The notes under the pieces: model-generated
The model's database searches: none
Seen by the model: only the letters and a program-made list of their open reading frames with translations
Told to the model about the DNA's origin: nothing
Shown: in pieces, positions 17,004 through 27,471 of the stretch
Position numbering within the stretch: the first letter of the stretch is position 1
How the letters are laid out: each line of letters opens with the position of its first letter
Program-made: the position numbers and the translations under genes
DNA from: an uncultured Clostridia bacterium
GTDB taxonomy: Bacteria > Bacillota > Clostridia > Christensenellales > Christensenellaceae
Length of the DNA: 64,000 nucleotides
Reading direction: 5' to 3'
Assembly: GCA_937899875.1 (NCBI GenBank)
Contig: CALBQP010000069.1
Location: 921-64,920 of the forward strand

Positions 17004-18107
17004 TTACTTCCCTGCGGCGGGCTGCTGCTGCGTGATGCAATGCACATTGCCGCCGCCAAGCAGTATCTCTCGCGCGTATACGGTCGCAACCTCCCTGTCG
17101 GGGAAGCACGCCTTGATGGTCTGCACGGCCTTCTCGTCGTTGGGGTCGCCAAACGCAGGCAGTATGATGCCACCGTTGACAATCAGGAAGTTGACATACG
17201 AAGCCGCCAGCCGGTCGCCCTCCAGGCGGGGCAGGGTGCCGTCCACCGCGTCCACGCCTTCTTCTTCCTCCTTGGTGATCAATATGGGTTTGGGCACGTA
17301 CATTTTGACAATTTCCAGCTTGCGCCCTTTTGCATCCGTCTCGCTTTCCAGATATTCCAGGTTCTCCTTGGAAATTTCGTACTGCGGGTCGCTCTCGTCG
17401 TCTGTCCACGCAAGCAACACCTTGCCGGGCTTCACAAAGCAGCAAATATTGTCCACGTGGCCGTTGGTCTCGTCGAGGTAAATGCCGCGCTTGAGCCACA
17501 GCACCTTGTCCGCGCCCAGATAGTTGCACAACATGTCGGTGATTTCCGCTTTGGTCATGTCCGGGTTGCGGCCTTCGGAAAGCAGGCATTCCTCTGTCAC
17601 CATAACCGTGCCGTCGCCGTCCGAGTGGATGGAGCCGCCCTCCAACACAAAGTCCGCCAGGCGGTAGCCGTCTTTGCGTTCCATGTCGGTCATTTTGCGC
17701 GCCACTTCATCGTCCAAAAGCCAGGGGAAATAGAGCCCGTCCACTAGGCCGCCCCATGCGTTGAAGCGCCAGTCCACGCCGCGCACCTCGCCAGTGGCGT
17801 CGTTTTTCACAAACGTCGCGCCGCAGTCGCGGATCCACGAGTCGTCGTTGCTCATTTCCACTACGCGGATGTCGTCCGGCATCATGCCACGGCAGTTTTC
17901 ATACTGATTCTCGTTGACGCCAATGGTCACCGGCTCAAATTTATTGATGGCCTTTGCCACCTCCACAAATGCTTTTTGCGCGGGCTTGCCGCCAAGCCGC
18001 CAGTTGTCGGGGCGCTGCGGCCACAGCATCCAGCATCCTTCGTGGGGCTCAAATTCGCCTGGCATCCTGAATCCGTCTTCTTTGGGGGTGGTGTTATATA
18101 CTTTCAT
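17004..18107 (-). CDS. aguA: agmatine deiminase
   Basis: Translation reads [37 protein letters not shown]... and carries the C-terminal catalytic motif [13 protein letters not shown]. Confidence 0.93.
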   Translation of the reverse strand: MKVYNTTPKEDGFRMPGEFEPHEGCWMLWPQRPDNWRLGGKPAQKAFVEVAKAINKFEPVTIGVNENQYENCRGMMPDDIRVVEMSNDDSWIRDCGATFVKNDATGEVRGVDWRFNAWGGLVDGLYFPWLLDDEVARKMTDMERKDGYRLADFVLEGGSIHSDGDGTVMVTEECLLSEGRNPDMTKAEITDMLCNYLGADKVLWLKRGIYLDETNGHVDNICCFVKPGKVLLAWTDDESDPQYEISKENLEYLESETDAKGRKLEIVKMYVPKPILITKEEEEGVDAVDGTLPRLEGDRLAASYVNFLIVNGGIILPAFGDPNDEKAVQTIKACFPDREVATVYAREILLGGGNVHCITQQQPAAGK

Positions 18108-18210
18108 TGGTTTCCTTCCTTTCCCGCGCCGCGCGCGAGGTCAAATAATGGTTTTATTCCTGGCTGGTTTCAGCCGTTCCTGATTCGCTTAGGTGATAGC
18201 CTTGATTTGA

Positions 18211-19620
18211 TCAACTGTCACCTGATATTTCCTTGTCGGGCAGACCCAGCTTTTTGGCCTTTTTTACGCTCATGGCGGCAATGATCTCTCCCAGCACCAC
18301 CGCGATGATAACGCCGATGATCAGCGTCCAGTCGGGCTCCAGCCCGCCGGTATCCTCGTTGTAATAGAACATGCTGAAGAAGATCGCCATAATGAGCAGT
18401 ATCAGCGGCACAAAAGTCATAACTGCAATCATGCCTTTGCCGCCGGGCACCTTGTAGGGGCGCGGCCTGTCCGGGTCTACCTTGCGCAGCTTCCAGAACG
18501 CCGGGAACATAAAGATGTACGACGCAAGCAGCGTCACCACATTGAGCGCGAACAGCGTCCAGAACGTATCGAGCGCGTCGGGGTTGATCTCGCCTATGAT
18601 TGTCGCAACCACCACGATGATGCTGGCGATCGCGCCGTTTAAGATGTTGGAGCTCGAGGGCACTTCGTACTTGTTTTCCTTGTCAAAAACCTTGGGCATG
18701 GCATGGTCGCGGGCCGCGTACATGGCCACGTAGTTGACGCCGAACGACCACGAGGTCAGGTTGGCGATCAGCGTAAACATGAACATCACGCCCACGATAA
18801 TCATGACAATTGCCTGGGGGCTTCCCATCAGCAGCGCGATGGATTCCATGAATCCTGTATCCATGGACAGCTCGTCCACCGGGATGGCGGCGCTGATGCC
18901 AAAGGCGGCAAACAGGTAGAACACCGCAATCAGTACGCCGCCCAGTATAATGGCTTTTGGGATCTGTTTTTTGGGATTCTGCATGTCGCCCGCAAACGTA
19001 GTCACAACCTCAAAACCCATGAAGTTGAACAGTATAATGGATACAAACGAAATACCCATCAACGGGGAAATATCCGCAAGCGAACCGGTGTTGGCCATGC
19101 CGTTTGTCACTGCGCCGTATATGCCGAGGCACCCAAGCATCAGCACCAGTATCACCTTTACAATGGTACCGGAGTTGATCAGCGCCTTGCTCTCGCTGAC
19201 GCGGAAGCGGCTGACAAAAATGACAAACCAGATGAACGCAAGCTGGATGACCAGCGCAAGGCCGACGGGGATCTCGATGCCCGTTGCTTCGGTAAAAATG
19301 GATGTGAACATCACGGCGAGCGATGCCATCCAAAGCGGGAAGTTGACCCAGTAATACCATGCCGTACGCGAGCCTGTACGCCTGCCAAACGCGCGCTTGA
19401 CCCAGTCGTACAGCCCGCCTTCATCGTCATAGGCGGTACCAAGCTCGGCGGAGATCATCCCGTAGGGGAGGAAAAACGCCACCAGCATAATGGCCCACCA
19501 GATGTACTGCATGGGCCCGATGGCCGCAACCGGCGCAACCGATTCCACCACCAGCACAATACACACAGCGGCAAGCACCGCGTCAAACAGCCGAAACTCC
19601 TTCTTCTTTTTTACTTCCAT
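18211..19620 (-). CDS. aguD: APC-family amino acid permease; by context a likely agmatine/putrescine antiporter
   Basis: The 469-aa product has about 12-13 TM segments with APC-type composition. It sits between ptcA and aguA, as in characterised AgDI clusters. Confidence 0.8.
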   Translation of the reverse strand: MEVKKKKEFRLFDAVLAAVCIVLVVESVAPVAAIGPMQYIWWAIMLVAFFLPYGMISAELGTAYDDEGGLYDWVKRAFGRRTGSRTAWYYWVNFPLWMASLAVMFTSIFTEATGIEIPVGLALVIQLAFIWFVIFVSRFRVSESKALINSGTIVKVILVLMLGCLGIYGAVTNGMANTGSLADISPLMGISFVSIILFNFMGFEVVTTFAGDMQNPKKQIPKAIILGGVLIAVFYLFAAFGISAAIPVDELSMDTGFMESIALLMGSPQAIVMIIVGVMFMFTLIANLTSWSFGVNYVAMYAARDHAMPKVFDKENKYEVPSSSNILNGAIASIIVVVATIIGEINPDALDTFWTLFALNVVTLLASYIFMFPAFWKLRKVDPDRPRPYKVPGGKGMIAVMTFVPLILLIMAIFFSMFYYNEDTGGLEPDWTLIIGVIIAVVLGEIIAAMSVKKAKKLGLPDKEISGDS

Positions 19621-19797
19621 AGAATTTACCTCCTCATACTATTTACCAATGCAAAACGCTCTGTGTTTTTAATACCCGGTCACTTTTTGCAGTGACAGGG
19701 TATGCGTAACGTTTTTAGGTAAGCCGTTCAATGATTGGTATCATAAAGGGGCCTTTTGCGGGGGATGGATATCCCCCGCACAGGCAATGTAAACGAG

Positions 19798-20814
19798 TTA
19801 TTTCCCAGCCAAAAAAGCGTCCAGTTTGGCCATTTCATCCGCAAAGGTCGCCTTGTCCAGCTCGCTGTTCCGCTGCAGGAATGTCACAAGCAGCGCGCGG
19901 ATGGATGTCAGGCGGTTTTCCGCTTCGTCAAACACAATGGAGATGTCCTTGTTATCGATGACTTCCGCCGCCACTTCCTCGCCGCGGGAGGCAGGCAGGC
20001 AGTGCATGAACTTCACGTTGGGCGAGGCTTTTTTCATAAGATCCATATCCACTTGGTATTTTGGATAGAAAATGTGCATGCGTTCTTCTTCGGAAAGCTC
20101 GGCGTCATAGAGCCCATACCAAACGTCGGTATATACAAAATCCGCGCCGGCCATGGCGTCGTCTTCATCCTCGGTCACGCGAACGCAGCCGCCCGATACT
20201 TCGCACATCTTGCGGCCGATGTCCAGCTTTTCTTCCGTAAGCTGATATCCTTTGGGGCCAAACTGTACAAATTCACAGCCCATTTTGGCGCAAATGCACA
20301 TCAGCGAGAAGCAGACTTGCGTCTGGTCGCCTACGAAAACCACCTTCAGGTCTTCCAGCTTTTTGCCTGCGGGCAGGTGTTCTATGATGGTTGTGAGGTC
20401 GCCGATTTCCTGCGTGGGATGGTTATAATCGCTCATTGCGTTCAGGACGGGAATGGTGGCGTGGGTCGCAAGGTCGGCCACCTGGCTGTGGCGGTCTACG
20501 CGCGCCATCACAATATCCAGCAAGCGCGACAACACCTGCGCCGTGTCCTCAATCGTTTCGTGCCCGCCCAGCTGGATCTGGCCCGGGGCAAGGTATTGCG
20601 CATGCCCGCCCATTTGCGCCATCGCCGTTTCAAAGGAGCAACGCGTGCGCGTCGAGCTCTGCATAAAAATCATGCCCAGCACCTTATGCTTCATCAACTG
20701 CGGATAATACCCCATCTTGACCGCTTTTTTGACCCTGATACCCAGATTGACAATATCCAGGATTTCTTCCTTGGTAAAACCTACCGTCTCAACAAAGTCT
20801 TTGACACGAGCCAT
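19798..20814 (-). CDS. ptcA: putrescine carbamoyltransferase
   Basis: Contains [49 protein letters not shown]...[10 protein letters not shown]...HCLPA. It closely recalls the Enterococcus PTCase, including the C-terminal helical extension. Confidence 0.88.
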   Translation of the reverse strand: MARVKDFVETVGFTKEEILDIVNLGIRVKKAVKMGYYPQLMKHKVLGMIFMQSSTRTRCSFETAMAQMGGHAQYLAPGQIQLGGHETIEDTAQVLSRLLDIVMARVDRHSQVADLATHATIPVLNAMSDYNHPTQEIGDLTTIIEHLPAGKKLEDLKVVFVGDQTQVCFSLMCICAKMGCEFVQFGPKGYQLTEEKLDIGRKMCEVSGGCVRVTEDEDDAMAGADFVYTDVWYGLYDAELSEEERMHIFYPKYQVDMDLMKKASPNVKFMHCLPASRGEEVAAEVIDNKDISIVFDEAENRLTSIRALLVTFLQRNSELDKATFADEMAKLDAFLAGK

Positions 20815-21105
20815 TTGTTCTATCCTCCTTGAAAATAATGATTTTTACCCTATGTTTCAATATAGACATCTGAAACAATAATAAACATTTATGTTGAATA
20901 CTGACTGTTTCCTGAGACAAATAACCAATAGCACATAAAACAATTGTGATGAAGTTTTTCAATTTACGCTGATTACAATAGTTAAAAAAGTGTCCGTCGC
21001 CCGGCGGTGTTCCGCCTGATGATGACACCAATATATACCTGAAAAATGCATTTGTCCAGCCAATTGGGTAATGTTGGAAAGGGTGTAACAAAGGTTGGAT
21101 GCGTG

Positions 21106-21906
21106 TTACTTTTTTGTGAACAAAACGCCATCATCTTTGGCGAACATCTCATAAAAGACCATTTCCATGACCGCGATGATGGAGATACGCGAAGTGATGT
21201 CGGCGCCGCCTATATGCAGTTCGTCCGCAAAATAATAGAAGTTGATGTCGCTGAGCATCTGGACCATGTTGTTGTCCGCCCGCGTCACGGAGACAACCTT
21301 GGCGTGGCTTTCGCTTTTGATCCGCTCGATGGCATCGATCAACCGCTGTTCCTCGCCCGTGTACGAGAACACGAACGCCAGATCGCCCGTGCCAATCCGC
21401 CCCAGCATGGATGCAACCTCGTAATCCATCGCGGCAATTTCGGCGTCGTGCCCCAGTGCAATCAATATGTGCTGTACATAACGCGCGGCCTCCAGCGCAA
21501 GCCCCAGCGAGACAAGGTATATTTTGGGGTTTGTTTTTAACAATTCCTGCAGTTCCCTGACGCTCTCTTTTTTGAGTACGCGCACCGTCTCAATGATGTT
21601 TTTCAGGTATTCCTCGCTGTACGCGGTTTTTTTCATCGCCTTGGGAATCATTGCCCGCTCGGCGGAATCGTCCGTCAGCTGCAGCATTGCCAGAAACTGG
21701 TTGTAGCCCAAAAACCCCAGCTTTTTGACGAAGCGGAACACCGTGGTTGTGGAAACAAAGCATTCGTGCGCAAGCATACGGATGCTCATATATTTGACGC
21801 GATCCATATTTTTGACCACAAAATCAAACATCCGCATTTCCGTATTGTTAAGCGGTTTGGAGTTGTTTTGCACAAAATCGAAAAAATCGCGGGCCATACC
21901 AGCCAC
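21106..21906 (-). CDS. MurR/RpiR-family transcriptional regulator (HTH plus SIS domain)
   Basis: The N-terminal HTH reads MSIRMLAHECFVSTTTVFRFVKKLGFLGYNQF, and the C-terminal part is SIS-like. It lies upstream of the AgDI genes on the same strand. Confidence 0.85.
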   Translation of the reverse strand: MAGMARDFFDFVQNNSKPLNNTEMRMFDFVVKNMDRVKYMSIRMLAHECFVSTTTVFRFVKKLGFLGYNQFLAMLQLTDDSAERAMIPKAMKKTAYSEEYLKNIIETVRVLKKESVRELQELLKTNPKIYLVSLGLALEAARYVQHILIALGHDAEIAAMDYEVASMLGRIGTGDLAFVFSYTGEEQRLIDAIERIKSESHAKVVSVTRADNNMVQMLSDINFYYFADELHIGGADITSRISIIAVMEMVFYEMFAKDDGVLFTKK

Positions 21907-21961
21907 CTCTTATTACTGAGGGTATCACAGCGGGCAGGCAGCGTCAACAAAATGTGCGACT

Positions 21962-22885
21962 TTAAGTTAATACGCCGTAACCGGGAAACGATTGCGGATT
22001 TTCAAAGAACCCTTCCCACGGATCATGGTCGCGCAGCCGGGCGATTGCCCCCGCAATATCGACGCCCTGGGGCGGCACCGTGGCAAGCGCATCCCAAAAG
22101 ATCGGCATGGATACAGGCGCGCCTTCCCGCGCCCGGATGGAATAAGGCGCGACACTGGTGGCCCCCCTGGTGTTCCGGAGCCAGTCGATAAAAATCTTGC
22201 CATCCCGGCGGCCCTTTCTGCTGTTGCTTGTATACCTGTCGGGCCATGTGGTTTCCATTGTTTGCGCTATGCTTTTTGCGAATCCGTGAAAAGCGCCCCA
22301 ATCGGCCTCTTGTGCGAATGGAACGACAATGTGATACCCTTTGCCGCCGCTTGTTTTCAGGTAGGACGTCAGCGCATGTTTATCCAGTAAGCGCTTCAGG
22401 TCCAGCACCCCCTGCCGCACCCTTGCCAAGTCCATTCCTTTGTCCGGGTCCAAATCAAACACCATCACATCGGGTTTTTCCAGGGAATCAACCTTGCTGC
22501 CCCACGTATGAAATTCCAACGTGTACATCTGGACTTCGGCGATCAACCCGCGGACGTCCGCAATATAAAAGTATTCTTCCTGGCCGCCGTTGTTGGAGTC
22601 CACAGCGACTGTTACAATTCCGCTGTCGCCTGCGGGATGCTTTTTGAAGAAGCAACCGCCGTCAATGCCGCCGGGGCAGCGCACGATGCTGATGATCCTG
22701 TTTTGAATATACGGCATCATTCGCTGCGCAACTTCTGCATAATATTTGGCGACATCGGCTTTTGTAATGTCGGATTTTTCGTAAAGGATCTTGCCGGGCT
22801 TGGTGATCGCCACATCCTCGATTACGAGATTTGGCGGTGCGCCCCTCGCATGGCGTTGCGTATCAGATGTTCCTGTTTCTTTCAT
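21962..22885 (-). CDS. stand-alone LigD polymerase/primase domain protein (NHEJ polymerase)
   Basis: Translation includes ...ITKPGKILYEKSDITKADVAKYYAEVAQRMMPYIQNRIISIVRCPGG...YLKTSGGKGYHIVVPF...FIDWLRNTRGATSVAPYSIRA. I chose the start at 22885; the track start at 23050 would overlap the Hpt gene. Confidence 0.8.
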   Translation of the reverse strand: MKETGTSDTQRHARGAPPNLVIEDVAITKPGKILYEKSDITKADVAKYYAEVAQRMMPYIQNRIISIVRCPGGIDGGCFFKKHPAGDSGIVTVAVDSNNGGQEEYFYIADVRGLIAEVQMYTLEFHTWGSKVDSLEKPDVMVFDLDPDKGMDLARVRQGVLDLKRLLDKHALTSYLKTSGGKGYHIVVPFAQEADWGAFHGFAKSIAQTMETTWPDRYTSNSRKGRRDGKIFIDWLRNTRGATSVAPYSIRAREGAPVSMPIFWDALATVPPQGVDIAGAIARLRDHDPWEGFFENPQSFPGYGVLT

Positions 22886-23031
22886 ATCCGTACCTGCCTT
22901 TGTTTCAATTGCGTAAGAATGCATGTTGCACCATATTGATAAACAGGAATGGCCCTGTGCAAAATTTAATGGTGGCGATAAACCCCAACCTATACTATAA
23001 TAAAGGCAGAATAACAAAAGGGAGGCCGTGT

Positions 23032-23379
23032 ATGATGGAGTACACTGCACAAGATTATTTTAATGTAGAAGAAGCGCTTTCGCGTATCCGCGGGGATAAA
23101 AACACCCTGAAGCTTTTGATAGGCCTTTTTGTGGACAGCGAGGAAATGACCGGGCTGGAAAAAGCCCTTGCGGAGCAGGACTATCCGAGCGCCGCGGCGT
23201 TTGCGCATGGCATAAAAGGCGCCGCGGGGAACCTGTCCTTCACGGCGATGTACAATATCTCATCAAAATTAAACGAGGAACTGAAGCTGGGCGCCCCCAA
23301 TGAGGAGACCGTAGCGGAATACTACGCGGTGTTGGACGGCACCAGGGCCGCCGCGCAAGAAGCCGCCGCCGGGTTATAG
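23032..23379 (+). CDS. stand-alone histidine phosphotransfer (Hpt) protein
   Basis: The 115-aa product carries the Hpt motif AHGIKGAAGNLSF. The ATG at 23032 follows GGGAGG. Confidence 0.8.
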   Translation: MMEYTAQDYFNVEEALSRIRGDKNTLKLLIGLFVDSEEMTGLEKALAEQDYPSAAAFAHGIKGAAGNLSFTAMYNISSKLNEELKLGAPNEETVAEYYAVLDGTRAAAQEAAAGL

Positions 23380-24471
23380 TTCCGCCGTTTTATTCCGGTC
23401 GTCCATATCCGTTAAGGCGATCAGCGTGGGCAGGTCGTCCTTGATTTCTTTAAACCGTTCCATCAGGAGCGGGTTGAATGTGCCGCACTCGCCGTTGAGT
23501 ATCATCTCGACAGCTTGCTCGTGCGAATACGCTTTTTTGTAAACCCGGTCGCTGGTGAGGGCGTCGTACACATCCGCCAGCGATGTCGCTTGCGCCCATA
23601 TGGGGATTTCGTCCCCTTTCAATCCGTCGGGGTATCCTTTTCCGTCCCACCGCTCGTGGTGGTGGCGGCAGATCTCATAGCAATATCCAAAATATTCCTG
23701 ATCGGGTACATAGTGCAGGCTGTTTAATATCTCGCAGCCGCGCACGGTGTGCGTTTTCATAATTTTGAATTCTTCATCCGTTAACCGGCCCGGCTTTAAC
23801 AGCACCGAGTCGGGTATGGCGATTTTACCTATATCGTGCAGCACCGATGCGTTGGCAATTGCGTCAATTTCTTCCTTGGGCAAATGATACTTGTCGTTGA
23901 TCATTTCCAGGAAAATCTTTGTCAGGTTGCGGATGCGCTTGACATGCTCGCCCGATTCCACATCGCGAAATTCCACCGTGGTAGAGAGCGCGTCGATCAG
24001 GAACATGTTTGTCTGCTTGAGGCGCTTGTCCTGTTCGGCCAGCTCGCGTTTTTGCTCCCGCAGTTTTTGCTCCAGATATTTTTTATGGTCGTACAAATCC
24101 GCCACATTGTTGACCCTGCGCGTGATGATCTCCGGGTTAAAAGGTTTGGAAACAAGGTCGGACGCGCCCAGTGCATAGCCGCCCAAGGTCCGCTCGTCGC
24201 TGACGTCGCCTGTGATGATGATCACCGGTATGCGTTTGATGTCGCCCGATGCGTTCATGGATTCCAGCACCTGGAAGCCGTCCATATCGGGCATCACAAG
24301 GTCCAGCAGCATGATGGCGATTTGGTCGCCGTATTGCGCCAGCCGGTCCAGCGCCTGGCGGCCGGTGGCGGCCTCAATCACTTCGTATTCATCGGCGAAC
24401 AACTGGCGCAGTATGACGCGGTTGACCTCTATATCGTCAACCACCAGCATTTTTCTTTTTTCGTTACTCAA
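23374..24471 (-). CDS. response regulator with an HD-GYP c-di-GMP phosphodiesterase output domain
   Basis: The receiver domain reads MLVVDDIEVNR...MLLDLVMPDMDG...KP. The output domain carries HDIGKIAIPD and HHERWDGKGYPDGL. Confidence 0.9.
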   Translation of the reverse strand: MSNEKRKMLVVDDIEVNRVILRQLFADEYEVIEAATGRQALDRLAQYGDQIAIMLLDLVMPDMDGFQVLESMNASGDIKRIPVIIITGDVSDERTLGGYALGASDLVSKPFNPEIITRRVNNVADLYDHKKYLEQKLREQKRELAEQDKRLKQTNMFLIDALSTTVEFRDVESGEHVKRIRNLTKIFLEMINDKYHLPKEEIDAIANASVLHDIGKIAIPDSVLLKPGRLTDEEFKIMKTHTVRGCEILNSLHYVPDQEYFGYCYEICRHHHERWDGKGYPDGLKGDEIPIWAQATSLADVYDALTSDRVYKKAYSHEQAVEMILNGECGTFNPLLMERFKEIKDDLPTLIALTDMDDRNKTAEL

Positions 24472-27346
24472 TTTCCTTTTCTCCCGGTTCTTCCAATAAG
24501 TATTTTCGCAGCTGCTGTATGATTGCGGCCGAGTCCAGCGGTTTGCCCAAATGGCCGTTCATCCCGCAGGCAAGACACCTTTCCACGTCCTCTTTGAATA
24601 CGTTTGCCGTCATGGCAATGATGGGGACACGCTGCGCCTGCGGAATATCCAGCGCGCGGATTGCCCTCGTCGCGGTATACCCGTCCATCTGCGGCATGTG
24701 GATGTCCATAAAGATCAACTCGTATTCATCGGGCGCGTTTTTAAACTTTTCCAGCGCTTCGGCACCGTTTTGCGCGCCTTCAATCTGTACCCCCGTAGGC
24801 TCCAGTATCGATTGCATAATCTCCTGGTTGATTTCGTAATCCTCGGCCAGCAGCACCGTGTGTCCATCAAAGATGCCTTCCAAATCACCCTGCCACACGC
24901 GCAGGTCGGGGCCTTCGACCGGGGTTCCCAGATGTGTGTTGATACAGTCTGTGATGGCCGACGGCAGCAACGGTTTTTGAATGAAGCCATCTATGCCCAG
25001 CTCTTTTGCGATCAGTTCCGATTCCGCCTGCTCGTGCGCGGAGGCCATGACCACAACAACGCTATCTGCAGATTTTTGCCGGATGCGCCGTGCCAGGCTG
25101 GTCCCGTCCGTATCCGGCATATTGCCATCCACAAAAATCATGTCGAAGGCGGTGTCTTCTATCAGCACACGGGCATCCCGCCCGGTTTGCGCTGTTTGAC
25201 AGCGTATGCCGGCCGTAGAAGCAATGTCGCCAAAGTATTCCAACACCTCGGGCATGTCGTCGGCGACCAGAATCGCTACATTGTCCAGGTCGATGTTTGT
25301 GTCCAGATGGCTGCCGTATGTGGAAGAACCTTTTTGAAACGGCGCGGTAAAATAAAATCGCGCGCCTTGGCCGGGCGTGGAATCGATCCCCACATTGCCG
25401 CCCATCCGTTCCACAATGCTTTTGAAAATAGCCAGTCCCAGGCCGGTGCCGCCGTACTTTTTGGATATCCCGCCGTCCGCCTGCTCAAATGAGCTCCAGA
25501 GCCTTTGTCGGTCTTCCGCCGAAATCCCGATCCCTGTGTCGATCACCTCGAACAGCAGTGTGCATTCGTCCGGCGTATTCCGGACATTGTGGACCAGCAA
25601 ATCGATGCGGCCCTCGTCCGGCGTAAACTTGATGGCGTTGGAAAGCAGGTTGGTGAGCGCCTGCGCCAGCCGCTGCCTGTCGGCGACAATGGCCGGGGGC
25701 ACGTCTTTATCTATTTTAATCACAAACTTTTGGCGCTTTTGCTCGGCCTTCAAGTTCGTGATGTCGCAGACCTGTCGCAACACTTCCTCAAGGGCGATGT
25801 CTTCCGGTAGCAGGGTCAGCTTACCCGCGCCAATCTGGGACATGTCCAGTATGTCGTTGATGACCCCAAGCAGATGGGCCGACGCATCCTTTGTTTTCTT
25901 CAGATATGCGCGGATCTGTTCTATGTCGTTGCTTCTCTCCGCCAGTTCTGTCATGCCGATAATCGCGTTCATGGGCGTACGGATTTCGTGGCTCATGTTT
26001 GCCAGAAAGTTGCTCTTGAATTGCGCGTTCTCCTCCGCTTTGTCCCGCGCCTGAACCAGTTCCCGCTGTGTGTTTTCTATCTTCGCCATGTTGGCTTTCA
26101 GCTCGCTCAAATCCTGCGCGTATCCGGCAAGGCGGAACCCGTCCCGCCACTGGATGCGCACCAGTGTGATTTCGGTGGGAAACGCCTGCCCCTGGGCGGT
26201 TTGATGCACCCATTCAAAAATCTCGTAACCGGTTTCCGCAGCTTTTTTCAGCATTTTCACGGCTTTCTCCCTGCTGGGCATTCCATCGGGCTGCACATCC
26301 GGCGAAAGCGAGAAGAAATTCTCTATATATTCTTTTTTGCTGGCAAGGCCATAAACCCGCAACGCTTCTTCATTGCAGTCGATGACGTTGCCGTTCTCGT
26401 CAAAAAACGTACAGGAAAGGGGTGTCGAATCCAGCATCATCTGGGTATGGGCGTCCGCTTCGCGCATGTTTTTCTGCATTGCCTCCCGCGTGAACACCCC
26501 GCTGATCACGTCGGCGGTCATTCTTGTCAAAAAAATCGAGCTTTCATCCGGCTTCCGGGGTTTTGTGCAAACCTCCAGGTTGAGCGTCCCCCAAAACCGG
26601 TCCCTGACAAATATGGGCGCGGCAATAAACCCGCAAACCCCATTCTTTGCCATCCCGGCAAAATGATTGTTTTTGGAAACGTCGGTACACGCGATATATG
26701 GCAGGCCTTTTTCTATAAAAGCGGTGGTGACGAGGGAGTAATCGATATACAGTTTAATGCGATCCTGCTGGGCGTATTGTTCACCGCTGTACCAGGCCGC
26801 AGCCACATCCAGGCTCTCCATATCATTGGCGCAACACTTCAGCATCACGCGGTCGTTCTGCAGGAAACGGCCGATTCGCTCGAGCGCGCTGTTTATGGCC
26901 TGGAGCGTATCCTCCGGCGCAATAAAACTCTGCGATATCGACGTCATCAGCTCCTGCTGTGCCAGGCGTCTTCTCTGCCCGGTGATGTCCGTTCCATGCT
27001 GCAGGTGAACCTTTCGTCCGTCTATCCAGTCGATCACCCTGTCGGTGTTATAAAACCATTTGCCTGTTTTTTTGTTAAACATCTCCGATTTTATTGTGGA
27101 ATCAGGCTTTTTTACCAACCGATGCAGGGGGCAGAAATCGCACCGTCCCTGCGCCATCTGGTATACCTTCCAGCAGGGCTCGCCGCGCGGGTCGTATTGC
27201 ACGTCGTAATCCGCGTTCATTTTATCGTTGGCATACAGTATCTCATCGGTGTCCAGGTCGGTCACAAGCACCTGGACATCCATCTCGTTGATGATATTCA
27301 GAAACGTTTCCATCCACATTTCATGACGGGTTATGTCTTTTGGCAT
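24464..27346 (-). CDS. cytoplasmic hybrid sensor histidine kinase (PAS-GAF-PAS-HisKA-HATPase-REC-REC)
   Basis: The H-box reads NMSHEIRTPMNAIIGMTEL. HATPase motifs are DTGIGI and GGTGLGL. Two receiver modules are present (ILVADD..FVDGNMPDTDG and VLLAEDYEIN..IFMDIHMPQMDG). There is no TM segment and no Hpt domain. ATG at 27346. Confidence 0.9.
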   Translation of the reverse strand: MPKDITRHEMWMETFLNIINEMDVQVLVTDLDTDEILYANDKMNADYDVQYDPRGEPCWKVYQMAQGRCDFCPLHRLVKKPDSTIKSEMFNKKTGKWFYNTDRVIDWIDGRKVHLQHGTDITGQRRRLAQQELMTSISQSFIAPEDTLQAINSALERIGRFLQNDRVMLKCCANDMESLDVAAAWYSGEQYAQQDRIKLYIDYSLVTTAFIEKGLPYIACTDVSKNNHFAGMAKNGVCGFIAAPIFVRDRFWGTLNLEVCTKPRKPDESSIFLTRMTADVISGVFTREAMQKNMREADAHTQMMLDSTPLSCTFFDENGNVIDCNEEALRVYGLASKKEYIENFFSLSPDVQPDGMPSREKAVKMLKKAAETGYEIFEWVHQTAQGQAFPTEITLVRIQWRDGFRLAGYAQDLSELKANMAKIENTQRELVQARDKAEENAQFKSNFLANMSHEIRTPMNAIIGMTELAERSNDIEQIRAYLKKTKDASAHLLGVINDILDMSQIGAGKLTLLPEDIALEEVLRQVCDITNLKAEQKRQKFVIKIDKDVPPAIVADRQRLAQALTNLLSNAIKFTPDEGRIDLLVHNVRNTPDECTLLFEVIDTGIGISAEDRQRLWSSFEQADGGISKKYGGTGLGLAIFKSIVERMGGNVGIDSTPGQGARFYFTAPFQKGSSTYGSHLDTNIDLDNVAILVADDMPEVLEYFGDIASTAGIRCQTAQTGRDARVLIEDTAFDMIFVDGNMPDTDGTSLARRIRQKSADSVVVVMASAHEQAESELIAKELGIDGFIQKPLLPSAITDCINTHLGTPVEGPDLRVWQGDLEGIFDGHTVLLAEDYEINQEIMQSILEPTGVQIEGAQNGAEALEKFKNAPDEYELIFMDIHMPQMDGYTATRAIRALDIPQAQRVPIIAMTANVFKEDVERCLACGMNGHLGKPLDSAAIIQQLRKYLLEEPGEKEIE

Positions 27347-27471
27347 CAAACTCTCCCTGTCCCCGCATACAAGAATACCGTGTAAAAATTTACCTACATA
27401 GTAATTCTAACACTTTTATGGATGAAATAAAATGGTTTATACGATTTCCAAGCAGAAACACTTGAAATATT

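Noticed and set aside
22886-23050. The longer start for the LigD polymerase ORF (track start 23050), and the longer start for the Hpt ORF (track start 22831).
   Set aside because: The two extensions overlap each other on opposite strands and have no RBS. Internal ATGs preceded by purine-rich RBSs (22885 and 23032) give products of canonical length.
25874-27385. A 503-aa plus-strand ORF inside hybrid kinase 1. Similar long antisense ORFs occur at 35897-37225, 15865-16887, 18703-19695 and 19756-20832.
   Set aside because: All are antisense to genes with unambiguous family motifs, and all have biased Arg/His/Val composition with no RBS.
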